The notes: generated by a model from the letters alone, not told the origin. 64,000 nt of DNA from Candidatus Poribacteria bacterium (GCA_965214095.1 OZ243938.1:5056001-5120000), one strand, 5' to 3'. Shown: positions 41,556 through 52,264, counted from the first letter of the stretch. Made by a program: numbers and translations.

Positions 41556-41758
41556 TTATTCTCTTAACAGTAAATATTGTACTATGTTTCTAATAGAAAA
41601 GCAATAAAAAAATACAATTTATCTGAAATTGCATGTGTGCGCGATGTTGATAAATGTATTGCATTAGTGGGGACAGGGAAGCGCGCTTCAACGGTATGAT
41701 TGGTATGTAGCCGGAAACCACGCGATACAATCATTTATGAGATACGATCACATTTCTA

Positions 41759-42808
41759 TTACGTATGGTCTCTATGCCATTCCTGAACTGCTCTTGGAAT
41801 TTCCTGCAGGTTTTCAATAGTGGTTTGAAGGGGGATAGCACACTCAGGACCAATCAGCGGGACACCTGCATCAAGATTTTTCATAACTTCTGCTCTTACG
41901 TCTTCCGGTTCTTTGGCAAAAAGCGTTTCAGGATTGTTGATATTGCCAACCAGGGCGATCCGTTTCTGGACAATATCCATAGATTCTTTCGGTTCGTTCT
42001 TTGAGTCGTAGTGGAAGGCTGCCATTCCTGTTTGCGCAATGTATTCCATCCGATCCACAGTGCGTCCACAGATATGTAAAATTAATGGTATAGGAATTCT
42101 ATCTACAAATTCAATGTGTAGGTCGCGGAGATAACGTTGATAGTATTCTCCACTCACAAGGTCACCTGTTGCGTGATCGGGGAGTGTAAGAGCATCTGCA
42201 CCTGCTTCTATCTGTGCAATACCAAACTGCACTGTCGCTTCCTTCATACGATCCAATGCGAGTTTTGTTTTACCCGGATCATCAAGCGATAACAACAGGA
42301 ATGGTTCTACACCGAAGCAGTGGTATCCGAGCGACCAAGGTCCCATCGTCTTACCGATGACAGCAACTTCATCACCATATTCTTTTTTCAATATCTTAAT
42401 CGCTTCAAGCACACATTGAGTATCGGGATGTGTGAGGAAATCATTGGGAATAGAAATGTCGTCAACATCTTCCCATATCGGTTCACGCATCTTGACGGTG
42501 GGCCAGTTATCCTTCTGTTCCCACTGTATTTTGCAGCCGAGAGCACTGGATTCTTGGATAATCGTGAAAACTGGCATAATCGTGTCAAAACCGAGTTCCG
42601 TATAACCTGTAGCGGCAAGCCTTGCCATTAGTTCAGGTTCACGATTTGCTTGTGGAAAGGGGGCATCAACTAAATCCATCAATTCCACTGTTGCAACGGA
42701 GGTAGGATTGCAAACAGGGGTGCGGTCAGTCGGTTCATTGCGGAGAGCAGCAAGAACACGTTCACGACCTGTCATCGCCTTTATGGTTTCACCATCTTTA
42801 TTATCCAT
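41759..42808 (-). CDS. MtaA/CmuA-family methyltransferase (uroporphyrinogen decarboxylase fold)
   Basis: 'MTGRERVLAAL', ILHICG Zn motif, GNINN, PECAIP. Confidence 0.85.
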   Translation of the reverse strand: MDNKDGETIKAMTGRERVLAALRNEPTDRTPVCNPTSVATVELMDLVDAPFPQANREPELMARLAATGYTELGFDTIMPVFTIIQESSALGCKIQWEQKDNWPTVKMREPIWEDVDDISIPNDFLTHPDTQCVLEAIKILKKEYGDEVAVIGKTMGPWSLGYHCFGVEPFLLLSLDDPGKTKLALDRMKEATVQFGIAQIEAGADALTLPDHATGDLVSGEYYQRYLRDLHIEFVDRIPIPLILHICGRTVDRMEYIAQTGMAAFHYDSKNEPKESMDIVQKRIALVGNINNPETLFAKEPEDVRAEVMKNLDAGVPLIGPECAIPLQTTIENLQEIPRAVQEWHRDHT

Positions 42809-42817
42809 TACATTAAC

Positions 42818-43456
42818 CTATATCTGTTGACTGGGTGCAGAAAGCACACCACGGGAAGCAGTTGTTTCCTCTTCACGCATAATAACACGGACATTTGGCG
42901 CACGAACTAATAGCAAACCGACAAGTGCATCATGGGACCGTCCACACGGAAAAGAGACAGTATCACCATCACTATCCAGTCCTGCATGCATTTCACCAAG
43001 CTTCATCAATCCACCAGCAATCGCAGATACACGCCGTTCAGCACCGCGTCCCTCACCATCGGAAGTTACACGGTAAGAGCCGCTTCCTAACGAATCAACA
43101 GTCATCATTAACTTAGATTTTTTGTCAAGTGTATTCAATGGACGGGGTTCGGCCGGTGTGTTCGGTGGAATTTTGCAGGCTTCTAAAAAGACTCTACGAC
43201 ACGCTGCCTCATGACTGTCACCACAAGAAAAGAAAACCTTCTCATTTGACAACTCACTCATTCCACCTAAGACCTGCATAGAATTGGCAACTTCCTGAAT
43301 TCTCCCAGAGGCACCTTCTTTACAGCTGTAAGTGTGGATTCGGAAAATAGTACACGCGTCAAGCTCCTCTAGGTAAAGTGCAATCGTAATATCATGAAAA
43401 TGAGTGTCAATCGGAACGAGTTCAATACGTCTACCGATATTTACTACTGATGGCAT
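42818..43456 (-). CDS. Hypothetical protein with duplicated C-G-x-S-H motif
   Basis: FFSCGDSHEAA and SFPCGRSHDAL; 9 bp upstream of the MtaA-like gene. Confidence 0.65.
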   Translation of the reverse strand: MPSVVNIGRRIELVPIDTHFHDITIALYLEELDACTIFRIHTYSCKEGASGRIQEVANSMQVLGGMSELSNEKVFFSCGDSHEAACRRVFLEACKIPPNTPAEPRPLNTLDKKSKLMMTVDSLGSGSYRVTSDGEGRGAERRVSAIAGGLMKLGEMHAGLDSDGDTVSFPCGRSHDALVGLLLVRAPNVRVIMREEETTASRGVLSAPSQQI

Positions 43457-43490
43457 ATATTTGTCCTAATGGTGGATCATTGGTGAAAAA

Positions 43491-44387
43491 CTACCAGCGA
43501 TATACGTTATTTATATAATCATACACCTTTTCAGATACTCTTCGTAGCACATTTGCACGTTGACCGACCCAGGCACCAAATGAAATACGCCGTCTACGTG
43601 TGTTTGTTTTTGATTTATCCTCTATCAATCCCGTAAAGACATAAGGTCTGAGTTTACCGTTTGCATCACGCATCACAATAATGCCGCTATCTCCAATCAG
43701 TCCATATACAGTACCCGTTTTATTGTAGACCTTGACTGATGCAGGGATGCGCGTCTTTTTATAGATATAATCACCATTCGGAAGTTCAAAGTAATACTTC
43801 ATCTTATCCGAGTATGGAAGTGTTTTATTCCACATCTGAACATAGAATTTATTCAGATCACGTGCACTAGTCATATTCTTGTAAGTCCGTCCATTACTAG
43901 GTATAGTTTCAACGATTTCTGTCTGTTTGAAATAAGGATAGTTTGCTTTCAACTTACGATGCATCTGCCGAGGTCCCCCGACCAATCGAATAAAGTAATT
44001 CGTTGAAGTGTTTGAACTATAGCGGATCATCTTTTCCAAATGGTATCGATTTCTATTAGTATGTTGTAAACGTCCATGCTTAACTTCATGAAAATATACA
44101 AGCATCACAAAGTTTTTGATTAATGATGCAGCCATCCGTGGTTTTTCCTCATTAATGGAAACTAATTTAACATCATTTGAAAGATCATATACCACAAAAC
44201 TTGTCCGGTCAGAATGGGTTAACCCTCCTCTGGGACGGAATTGTTTTACAAGTCCATCAACTTTTGCTTCAAGTGGGGAATCAATTGAAAGATCGCGTGT
44301 TGCCTGAACACTTGTGATTCCACTGAGTAAGACGGTGAGACTACAACATACCAGTAATATGATGAGTTTAAATATATAGGTTTTCAT
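43491..44387 (-). CDS. Class A beta-lactamase-like serine hydrolase
   Basis: Signal peptide; SLIK (SxxK), SSN, KTG motifs. Confidence 0.8.
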   Translation of the reverse strand: MKTYIFKLIILLVCCSLTVLLSGITSVQATRDLSIDSPLEAKVDGLVKQFRPRGGLTHSDRTSFVVYDLSNDVKLVSINEEKPRMAASLIKNFVMLVYFHEVKHGRLQHTNRNRYHLEKMIRYSSNTSTNYFIRLVGGPRQMHRKLKANYPYFKQTEIVETIPSNGRTYKNMTSARDLNKFYVQMWNKTLPYSDKMKYYFELPNGDYIYKKTRIPASVKVYNKTGTVYGLIGDSGIIVMRDANGKLRPYVFTGLIEDKSKTNTRRRRISFGAWVGQRANVLRRVSEKVYDYINNVYRW

Positions 44388-44475
44388 CTGTTATATGTCA
44401 TCCTCTTATTGTATAATATGTCCCAATATGGGGTAATAAATGCTCGTGAAAAATTGTGTATTGACTATATAAACT

Positions 44476-45990
44476 CTAATTGGTAGAAAGTCGGTAACAG
44501 GCTGCCTCTCGATTATTGCGAACAAGTAGATAATTACCTACGAGGGCAGGATTGTTCCAAGTCTGTCCATTAATTGCTTGGAATCGTGCCAGTTCTTTGT
44601 GCTTATTAGGATTGGGTTCTAATAAAACGAGTTCACCCGATTCTGTCAGGACTAATAATATATCAGAGATTAACATTGTTTGACCATGTCCGTAACGACC
44701 GCGTTTCCATTGCCGCTTGCCATCGTCTGCATTGATACATGCAAAAATTCCATCGTCAAGACCGTATAAATAACCGTCATGATATATTATAGTAGAGAAT
44801 TTAACTTTAAATTGGATAGTTTCCCATAGTAGATTAACGCTAAAATCTCCCGATGGGTTACCTCTTGAAATCTGAAAAAGTTTAGAACCTATACCGTAAG
44901 CAGTAGAAATAAGAAGTTTGTCACCAGGAAGAGGAGTCGGTTGTGCGGCACATTCTGCAGCAGGCCATGACTGCTTCCATAAGAGTTCACCTGTGACAGG
45001 ATTATGTGAAGTGACAAGACCGTTGTCAAATAATACAACTTGCTCAGTTCCTACAAAAGATAAAAGTGTTGGAGAACTATAACCACTCTGATGTTTGTGT
45101 CCTTTCCAAGCGATATCACCTGTATCCTTGTAATATGCAATAGCACCACCCGCACTGAGGATCACCAAATCATCATACACAAGAGGAGAACAACTGATAC
45201 CCCATGGTGGTTTATTTGCCTTGTTTTCTTCAAAGATGTTGGTAGACCATATCCTCGCACCTGTTTCAAAATTTAAGCAATTCAAAATGCCAGTAGAACC
45301 GAGAGTATACACATATTCACCATCAATGGTTGGTGTTGCACGTGGTCCAAGTCCACCAAGCGCGGTATAATATCTCGCATTATCTCTATGTGTCCACTTT
45401 TCCTTGCCGGTAAGTAAGTCATAACAAACAACCTTTTCCCATTCGTCCTCCTGTTCCTGTGTAATTGCAGAATTACCTACTACAGCAAAACCACCCCAAC
45501 CATCACCTATTGGTTGTTTCCATATCAATTCTGGCGGATGTTCTTTCCAATCTGTATTTAACTTTATACTAGTAATAACTGCGTTGTGATTCGGACCGAG
45601 GAACTGTGGAAAATCTGTCAGAGGTATTCCGGTTGTTTCATTTGTCAAAGATGAATCAATGGAACTTGTTGAGAAATTACCCCAACGGTATGCAAATCTG
45701 GGGACAAGGTCTCCACTGAACCCATCAAAACGGAATAGGAAAAAAGATGCAACAACGGATAAAAGGAATACAATAAATGAGGTAAATCTAACTTTCCACT
45801 TTAAACGAGAAAATCCAACTAACCAAATTAAATCAAGAACAACTGTAATGAAAAGAATAAAAACCGTAAGTGCTACTTTATCTTGCCGATGTCCGGCTTC
45901 CATTAACCACACAAAACCTATTGCTAAAACTGTGAGGCAATGAATGAGGAATAAAGGCCACAAACGGATACCTTTTTTATCTTGGTTCAT
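44476..45990 (-). CDS. Membrane-anchored PQQ-like beta-propeller protein (BamB-like)
   Basis: Three N-terminal TM segments; 'FPQFLGP', 'GPRATPTIDG', 'GYSSP', 'TWNNPAL'. Confidence 0.85.
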   Translation of the reverse strand: MNQDKKGIRLWPLFLIHCLTVLAIGFVWLMEAGHRQDKVALTVFILFITVVLDLIWLVGFSRLKWKVRFTSFIVFLLSVVASFFLFRFDGFSGDLVPRFAYRWGNFSTSSIDSSLTNETTGIPLTDFPQFLGPNHNAVITSIKLNTDWKEHPPELIWKQPIGDGWGGFAVVGNSAITQEQEDEWEKVVCYDLLTGKEKWTHRDNARYYTALGGLGPRATPTIDGEYVYTLGSTGILNCLNFETGARIWSTNIFEENKANKPPWGISCSPLVYDDLVILSAGGAIAYYKDTGDIAWKGHKHQSGYSSPTLLSFVGTEQVVLFDNGLVTSHNPVTGELLWKQSWPAAECAAQPTPLPGDKLLISTAYGIGSKLFQISRGNPSGDFSVNLLWETIQFKVKFSTIIYHDGYLYGLDDGIFACINADDGKRQWKRGRYGHGQTMLISDILLVLTESGELVLLEPNPNKHKELARFQAINGQTWNNPALVGNYLLVRNNREAACYRLSTN

Positions 45991-46174
45991 AAATCCGAGT
46001 TTTACTGTATACCTTTCTACAGATTAACGTTAATTATATAATAATAATTTATATAATTTTTGTCAAGTAAAAAATCTCTTAAACAGAGTTATTTTGTCTT
46101 ACAGAATCTTTCATTGTTTGGGTTATTTGAAAATCCTAAAACTAAATATCGCTCCTTACAACTAAAATTTAAAA

Positions 46175-46203
46175 TTGACACTACGCTATGTTGGTGTTAC
46201 AAT
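46175..46203 (+). promoter_or_regulatory. sigma70 promoter for serA
   Basis: TTGACA-17 bp-TACAAT with extended TG. Confidence 0.7.
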
Positions 46204-46240
46204 GTTAACAGATTGATGCGTTACCGGAGGAGATACTATT

Positions 46241-47824
46241 ATGGACAAGGTGTTGGTGAGTGACTTGCTTTCACAGCAGGGGTTAGATGTTCTCATCAAG
46301 AGTGGCAACTTTCAGGTAGATGTTGCATTAGACTTAACACATGAAGAATTGATAGAACGTATTTCTGACTATGACGCATTATTAATAAGAAGTGGAACAA
46401 GAGTAACAACAGATGTGATTAATGCAGCACAGCGACTAAAGGTAATTGGTCGCGCGGGAGTTGGCGTAGATAACATTGATGTGGAAGCAGCTACGCGTAA
46501 TGGAATTTTAGTTGTCAATACACCTACCGGTAATACGATTGCTGCAGCAGAGCACACAATTGCCATGTTATTGGCACTTGCTCGAAACATTGTCCCCGCA
46601 GGAATCTCTCTTAAAAATCGCACATGGGAACGCAATGACTTTATCGGTGTTGAACTCTACGGTAAAGTATTTGGTACAATCGGTCTTGGTAGAATCGGAC
46701 GCGAAGTTGCCAAACGCGCACAAGCTTTCGGTATGCAACTTATAGCCTTTGATCCGTTTATCTCCGCAAATGCTGCAGACGATTTGGGTGTTCGTCTCGT
46801 TGATCGAGAGACCTTGTTTCAAGAATCAGATTATATCTCAATCCATACCATCCTTGACGGTGAAACGTACCATAGTATCGGTGAATCAGAATTTCAGCTC
46901 ATGAAACCGACCACTCGCCTGATAAACTGTGCCCGGGGTGGTATTATTGACGAAAAAGCACTTTATACTGCCCTAAAGGAAAGACAAATTTCTGGTGCCG
47001 CTTTGGATGTATTTGAGAATGAACCTGCTACTGATAGTCCACTGCTTGAATTAGATAATTTTCTCGCACTACCACATCTGGGAGCATCAACAACAGAGGC
47101 ACAGGAACATGTTGCTGTTGAAGTAGCACAACAGGTCATTGATGCCCTACGTGGGAAACCCGTTGCTAACGCTGTTAATCAACCTAAACTTGACCCGAGA
47201 GTCTTTGAAATCTTGGGTCCATATCTTGAACTTGCAGAAAAAATAGGTAGTTTCCATGCACAAATTGTAGAAGGACAGATGTCAGCAATAAAAATACACT
47301 ATAGCGGTTCACTCTTTCAGAAAGAGGATGTAACACCTATCACCGTAGCACTACAAAAAGGCCTATTGTCTCCTGTATTAACAGAAGTAAATTATGTTAA
47401 CGCACCTTTTTTAGTAAAACAAAGAGGGATTTCTGTCACGGAAACCAAGAGTGAATCGCAAGCAGATTTTGCTAACTTGATGACAGTGACCATCATCACA
47501 GATAAAGGTGAAACAATACTGGCAGGGACAACATTTGGAAAGAAAGATATACGCATTGTCCGCATAAATCAGCTGCATCTGAATGCAACACCGGATGGAT
47601 ACATACTTTTGATATATAATCGTGATCATCCCGGTATGATCGGATTAATCGGAACTATCTTAGGTGAACATGACATCAACATAGCGGATATGACGGTTGG
47701 ACGGTCCCGTGTTGAAGATGTTGCACTTACATTGATCAATATTGACAGTTTAGCTCCGCGTGATGTTATACAAAAAATCGCTTCACAAGATAAAATAGCT
47801 TTTGTTAAGCAGGTCATCCTATAG
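46241..47824 (+). CDS. serA: D-3-phosphoglycerate dehydrogenase
   Basis: GRAGVGVDNID, GLGRIG, NCARGG, PHLGAST, C-terminal ACT domain. Confidence 0.95.
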   Translation: MDKVLVSDLLSQQGLDVLIKSGNFQVDVALDLTHEELIERISDYDALLIRSGTRVTTDVINAAQRLKVIGRAGVGVDNIDVEAATRNGILVVNTPTGNTIAAAEHTIAMLLALARNIVPAGISLKNRTWERNDFIGVELYGKVFGTIGLGRIGREVAKRAQAFGMQLIAFDPFISANAADDLGVRLVDRETLFQESDYISIHTILDGETYHSIGESEFQLMKPTTRLINCARGGIIDEKALYTALKERQISGAALDVFENEPATDSPLLELDNFLALPHLGASTTEAQEHVAVEVAQQVIDALRGKPVANAVNQPKLDPRVFEILGPYLELAEKIGSFHAQIVEGQMSAIKIHYSGSLFQKEDVTPITVALQKGLLSPVLTEVNYVNAPFLVKQRGISVTETKSESQADFANLMTVTIITDKGETILAGTTFGKKDIRIVRINQLHLNATPDGYILLIYNRDHPGMIGLIGTILGEHDINIADMTVGRSRVEDVALTLINIDSLAPRDVIQKIASQDKIAFVKQVIL

Positions 47825-47863
47825 TCAAATTGTCAGCATTGCATACCACAAGGGAGTTTTAGT

Positions 47864-49273
47864 TTGGATGAAAAACAATTATGTCTGTTTATAAATAATG
47901 AAATTCCAAAAGAGAAGTTATTCTCTGCTGAAAAAAGGGAAATACACCCCAACTGCAATACTTCATGGAGAATCTCACCGGAACCTTTCCTGATTTCCAA
48001 AGAGGAGTTAGATTGGTTTGAGAAACTTGGTCCGCATCTTTTACAGTTCTATCGTGCATGTAATTTACTCTATTCGCAAAGTGTACGAGGAATCCAACCG
48101 ACTTGGGTATCGGAATATTTAGATATAGGAAAACCAGAAAGTGTTATCCAGCAGGGTCGAATGAATCGCTTTAAGAGTCAAATCCCCGGTGTAATTCGTC
48201 CTGACATTTTGCCTACATCAGATGACACAAGAATGATTACAGAGTTAGATTCTATCCCAGGTTTCATCGGCGCGACAGGGTCCTTAGCAAGACTATATAC
48301 GAAACTCGGTTATTCTATTATCGGTGGAAAAGATGGTATGGTGAATGGATTTGCCGAGATGATACGCGCTTTGGCGAAAAATGACGATCCTAATCTGGCG
48401 ATTGTCGTTTCCGATGAATCTGAAGATTATCGACCGGAAATGCTATGGCTTGCCAACGCACTTTGTGATGCTGGACTCAAAACAGCAGCTGTGCAACCAC
48501 ACGAGGTAATCTTTACTGAAGATGGTCTAATCGTTGAAAGTCAATACGGGAAAATCAACGTTGATGTGGTCTACCGGTTCTATGAAATGTTCGACCTTCC
48601 TAATATTCCAAAGGCAGAATTAATCTTCTATAGTGCCAAGAAGCGCACGGTTGTAATGACACCGCCACCAAAGACATATTTGGAAGAGAAATTATGTCTG
48701 GCACTTTTCCATCATCCTTCTCTGCAACCTTTCTGGCAACGTCAACTCGGTAAGAAAACCTATCCTTTTCTACAAGAAGTTATCCCACAAACTTGGATAC
48801 TTGATCCACGTCCGCTACCACCTCATGCTGTCATTCCAAATTTGGAAATAGACAATTTTCCTGTAACTGATTGGCGGCAACTCAGCAACATTACACAGAA
48901 ACAACGTGAGTTGGTTATCAAACCTTCAGGCTTTTCGGAGCTTGCATGGGGAAGTCGTGGGGTAAAAATCGGACATGATTTACCTACGGAGGAGTGGGAA
49001 ACCGCAATTGAAGATAGCCTTAGAAACTTTGAAAAGACACCCCACGTCCTTCAAGAGTTCCACACCGCGCATCGCGTTCGTATGCAATACTACGATTTTG
49101 AGACTGAGGAAATACAGGAAATGCCATCACGACCACTCCTGCGCCCATACTATTTTGTCTCTGGTAATACTGTAAAACTTGGTGGAATTCAAGCAACCGT
49201 TTGTCCTGCAGATAAAAAATTGCTACACGGAATGGTAGATTCTATTATTGTGCCTTGTGCACTTAGAGACTAA
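47864..49273 (+). CDS. Uncharacterised ATP-grasp-like ligase (GSP-synthase/circularly permuted type)
   Basis: 'IRPDIL...ITELDSIPG', 'VIKPSG...WGSRGV', 'VLQEF'. Confidence 0.55.
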   Translation: MDEKQLCLFINNEIPKEKLFSAEKREIHPNCNTSWRISPEPFLISKEELDWFEKLGPHLLQFYRACNLLYSQSVRGIQPTWVSEYLDIGKPESVIQQGRMNRFKSQIPGVIRPDILPTSDDTRMITELDSIPGFIGATGSLARLYTKLGYSIIGGKDGMVNGFAEMIRALAKNDDPNLAIVVSDESEDYRPEMLWLANALCDAGLKTAAVQPHEVIFTEDGLIVESQYGKINVDVVYRFYEMFDLPNIPKAELIFYSAKKRTVVMTPPPKTYLEEKLCLALFHHPSLQPFWQRQLGKKTYPFLQEVIPQTWILDPRPLPPHAVIPNLEIDNFPVTDWRQLSNITQKQRELVIKPSGFSELAWGSRGVKIGHDLPTEEWETAIEDSLRNFEKTPHVLQEFHTAHRVRMQYYDFETEEIQEMPSRPLLRPYYFVSGNTVKLGGIQATVCPADKKLLHGMVDSIIVPCALRD

Positions 49274-49282
49274 CTGAGATGT

Positions 49283-50305
49283 CTAATTTTCTGTCTTTAC
49301 ATGCCCCCAGAAAGTTAAGTATCTGCTTAATGCTGTTACATCCAGACTATCAATATTATATTCCTCTACAGTAGGTAATATTTGAGGACCAAGACCCTCC
49401 GCAACACCACCAATAGCGTAAATGTGATTATCTACAACATCTGAGCCCAAAAACACACGTGCAGTTGGCATATCTGCCCCTTTTTGCCATTCGTCTGTTA
49501 ACGGGTCGTAAATTTCAACCGTCATTTCGCCTGCACCTTGAACAACTGTAGTCCCACCAATTGCATAGATTTTAGAATTAACAACACTTGCTGTCAATGC
49601 AGTTCGGGGTGTGGGTATCGCAGCTTTTTCAGTCCAAGTGTCAGTCTTTGGATCGTATTCAGCAACGTTTTTAATAAAAGGTCCCGCAACCCCTTCAACA
49701 CCACCAATTAGGTATATTTTACCATGATGTTCTGCAGCTGCCATTCCAGAACGAGGGTTAGGCATATCCGTTTTTTGTGTCCATTTGTCCGTGGTTGGAT
49801 CATACTCCTCAACAACCGATAACACAGGACCCACATTCATGGCAACGCCTCCAAAAGTGTATATTTTCCCTTCCACAGCAACAGCGGAGAAAAATGAACG
49901 TGGTGTTGGCATATCTGCCTTTTGCGTCCAAGTATCAGTCTTAGGGTCATATTCTTCTACTGTGCCAACAGCAGGATTTTCACCATCCCATCCTCCGATC
50001 GCATATAACTTACCATCTACTTCACATGTTTCTACACCAGCACGTGCAGATGGCAAACTTGCTTTCTGAACCCATTCGTCTGTTTCTGTATTGTATGCCT
50101 CCACACTGTCTATCGGTTGAGCAAGCATTCCTCCTACAGCATAAACCTCTTTGTCTACTGCAGTAACAGAAAAGAAAAGTCTCGGATTTATCATTCCCGT
50201 TTTCTCAACCCATTCTTGAGCATTGACACTGTTAATAAATAAGAATAATATCAAAATGCAAAATAGCCAACTTGATCTACGAATAAAATTATGATGTGCT
50301 TTCAT
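49283..50305 (-). CDS. Secreted Kelch-repeat protein
   Basis: Six 'KIY.IGG...VEEYDP.TD.W..K..MP..R' repeats; C-terminal 'DVTALSRYLTFWGHVK'. Confidence 0.9.
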   Translation of the reverse strand: MKAHHNFIRRSSWLFCILILFLFINSVNAQEWVEKTGMINPRLFFSVTAVDKEVYAVGGMLAQPIDSVEAYNTETDEWVQKASLPSARAGVETCEVDGKLYAIGGWDGENPAVGTVEEYDPKTDTWTQKADMPTPRSFFSAVAVEGKIYTFGGVAMNVGPVLSVVEEYDPTTDKWTQKTDMPNPRSGMAAAEHHGKIYLIGGVEGVAGPFIKNVAEYDPKTDTWTEKAAIPTPRTALTASVVNSKIYAIGGTTVVQGAGEMTVEIYDPLTDEWQKGADMPTARVFLGSDVVDNHIYAIGGVAEGLGPQILPTVEEYNIDSLDVTALSRYLTFWGHVKTEN

Positions 50306-50341
50306 ATAAATCCTTTCAATTGTTAAAATTAGATTTTTACT

Positions 50342-50941
50342 TTAACTACGATAAATCGTTACTTCCATGCCGTCTCGTCTCCGTTCCCTTTGTCCTTCCC
50401 CATCATTACTGCCACGTCTTCGTCTCCAACTTTCAAACCAGTGTGTTTCTGATTCATAGTTGGAACGCACATGCTCCAGATAATCTGCCATCTGATCCAC
50501 TCTACTGACATTATCTGCCACAATCGTTGCTGGATTTGTGAGTCGTGATTCAATAGCTTGGAAGCATGGAAAATACCCATCTTTGTTGTTATCAAGAAAC
50601 AGAAAATCAACAGGTTCCTCTATAGTCTTCAAGACTTCTGCAGCATCTCCGATTCGGGAATCCACAAGGTCCGAAACACCTGCTCTTTCAAAATTAGCAC
50701 GAGCACGTTCCGCATTTGCATCCTCTATTTCAACAGTGATCAACTTTCCGGACCCAATTGTTTGCAAAACGCGAGATATCCACAAACCTGAATAACCGAT
50801 CGCTGTTCCACATTCAACAATCAGAGAAGGTTTTGCCTTCTCAATACAACTCGCGAGCAGTTTTGCTTTATCAGGTCCGAGCATCGGCACCCGTTCTGCT
50901 CTACACTGTTCCTCAACTTCTTCTATAACCTTATCTAACAT
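50342..50941 (-). CDS. O-methyltransferase (Methyltransf_3-like)
   Basis: VECGTAIGYSG, DFLFLD, VADNV. Confidence 0.88.
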   Translation of the reverse strand: MLDKVIEEVEEQCRAERVPMLGPDKAKLLASCIEKAKPSLIVECGTAIGYSGLWISRVLQTIGSGKLITVEIEDANAERARANFERAGVSDLVDSRIGDAAEVLKTIEEPVDFLFLDNNKDGYFPCFQAIESRLTNPATIVADNVSRVDQMADYLEHVRSNYESETHWFESWRRRRGSNDGEGQRERRRDGMEVTIYRS

Positions 50942-52131
50942 TAGCGTTTCTCCATGTTTTCTGAATTATGCAGACTGACTATAGTATAATCAAACAACAT
51001 ATCACTCTTTTTATGATGATCTTCATGAACGTAATGTTCAAAAAGTGTTCTTGGACCGTTATTTAACGCAAAAATACCGTAGTCCTTTCCATTGGGTGAA
51101 CGGGTAACTGTATGGACGTGGTTCGGTCTACCGTCGTTCCGAGCTTCATCATTGAATTCAATCCATATTGCAGGATTAAAGACACGATAGTAGATGGAAT
51201 CAGTTTCGGTTGTACCTCCAATCCAAACAAAATATGTATCCTCTAAATCTGTTTCAATATCAGTCATCCAGATGTCAGCAAACTCAGATTCAAGATTGTA
51301 GACATACGATTTGATCAGATCTCTTAGTTTCTCTTTTTGAGCATCATTCATGGCTGATGCCTTTAAACCAACACCCACAAAATCAGAATAATCGTAATTC
51401 AGAAACGGATCGGTTGTACTCCCAGGACCCACTTTCAACCCACGTCGACCTGTCTGAATCGCAATTTCTTTTTGTTCCTTCTCAAGACTATTCAGAAGTG
51501 ATAATGCGTTACCTCTTTCACCTTCAAGCACTTCAGTGCCGTTAACAAATGTTGGCTGCGTTCCAAAATGTGCAGGAACAATTGAGACTTCATCTCCGTG
51601 CACTAAAAAGTTAAGTGACAGATGATGTCCATCTAACTGGAATCCCCACGAACCGTCTGTTCTTGGATTTCCAAATAACGCAATAAAGTAGGGACGTGAT
51701 GACCAAAATCCGTGGGTAACATTGATGAAATCTGTATCAGATCTTGTTGTAATTAGAGAAACTTTTGTGTAACCTTCATCACTCAAGAAAGCATCTAACA
51801 CTTTTTGAAAAAGAGACAATTGATCAACTGACAACTTACTGAATTCAATGCCACCACGATCCTGATTCCTTGATGGCGGCAAATTAGACCAAGAATACAT
51901 TTCTTTATGTCCCAATGGATAGGAGGCATCAGTAAGCAGATCTTCACTCAGCGAATCGCGAAAATTATTCATAACTGTTGCTAACACGACAATGGAAGGT
52001 TTCTTGGAAATTTTAGCGATTTCTATCTCTTTCTCTGCATCCACTTCAGCAGAATTATATATGTTCAATACTGCTGCTATGATGCAGGCTGCCAAAAATA
52101 CAATCAGGATGGAAACTATTTTTCGTAACAT
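50941..52131 (-). CDS. DUF3500-like protein
   Basis: 'WSNLP', 'FGNP..DGSWGFQLDGHHLSLNF', 'YYRV..P..WIEF', 'NHVHTV.R.PNGKDYG'. Confidence 0.75.
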   Translation of the reverse strand: MLRKIVSILIVFLAACIIAAVLNIYNSAEVDAEKEIEIAKISKKPSIVVLATVMNNFRDSLSEDLLTDASYPLGHKEMYSWSNLPPSRNQDRGGIEFSKLSVDQLSLFQKVLDAFLSDEGYTKVSLITTRSDTDFINVTHGFWSSRPYFIALFGNPRTDGSWGFQLDGHHLSLNFLVHGDEVSIVPAHFGTQPTFVNGTEVLEGERGNALSLLNSLEKEQKEIAIQTGRRGLKVGPGSTTDPFLNYDYSDFVGVGLKASAMNDAQKEKLRDLIKSYVYNLESEFADIWMTDIETDLEDTYFVWIGGTTETDSIYYRVFNPAIWIEFNDEARNDGRPNHVHTVTRSPNGKDYGIFALNNGPRTLFEHYVHEDHHKKSDMLFDYTIVSLHNSENMEKR

Positions 52132-52162
52132 ACAAACCCTTTTTTATTTTTATACATAACTG

Positions 52163-52254
52163 ATACCAAATCAACCTAAATTGTAGGGGCAGGGTTCCCC
52201 TGCCTGTCCGTGTTCTCAGCATCAAAAGCAATACAGATCTCGTTAATTTGGTAT
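52163..52254. mobile_element. TIR-bounded cassette carrying a GTAG REP
   Basis: ATACCAAAT / ATTTGGTAT TIR; internal GTAGGGGCAGGGTTCCCCTGCC. Confidence 0.5.
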
Positions 52255-52264
52255 GACAATGAAT

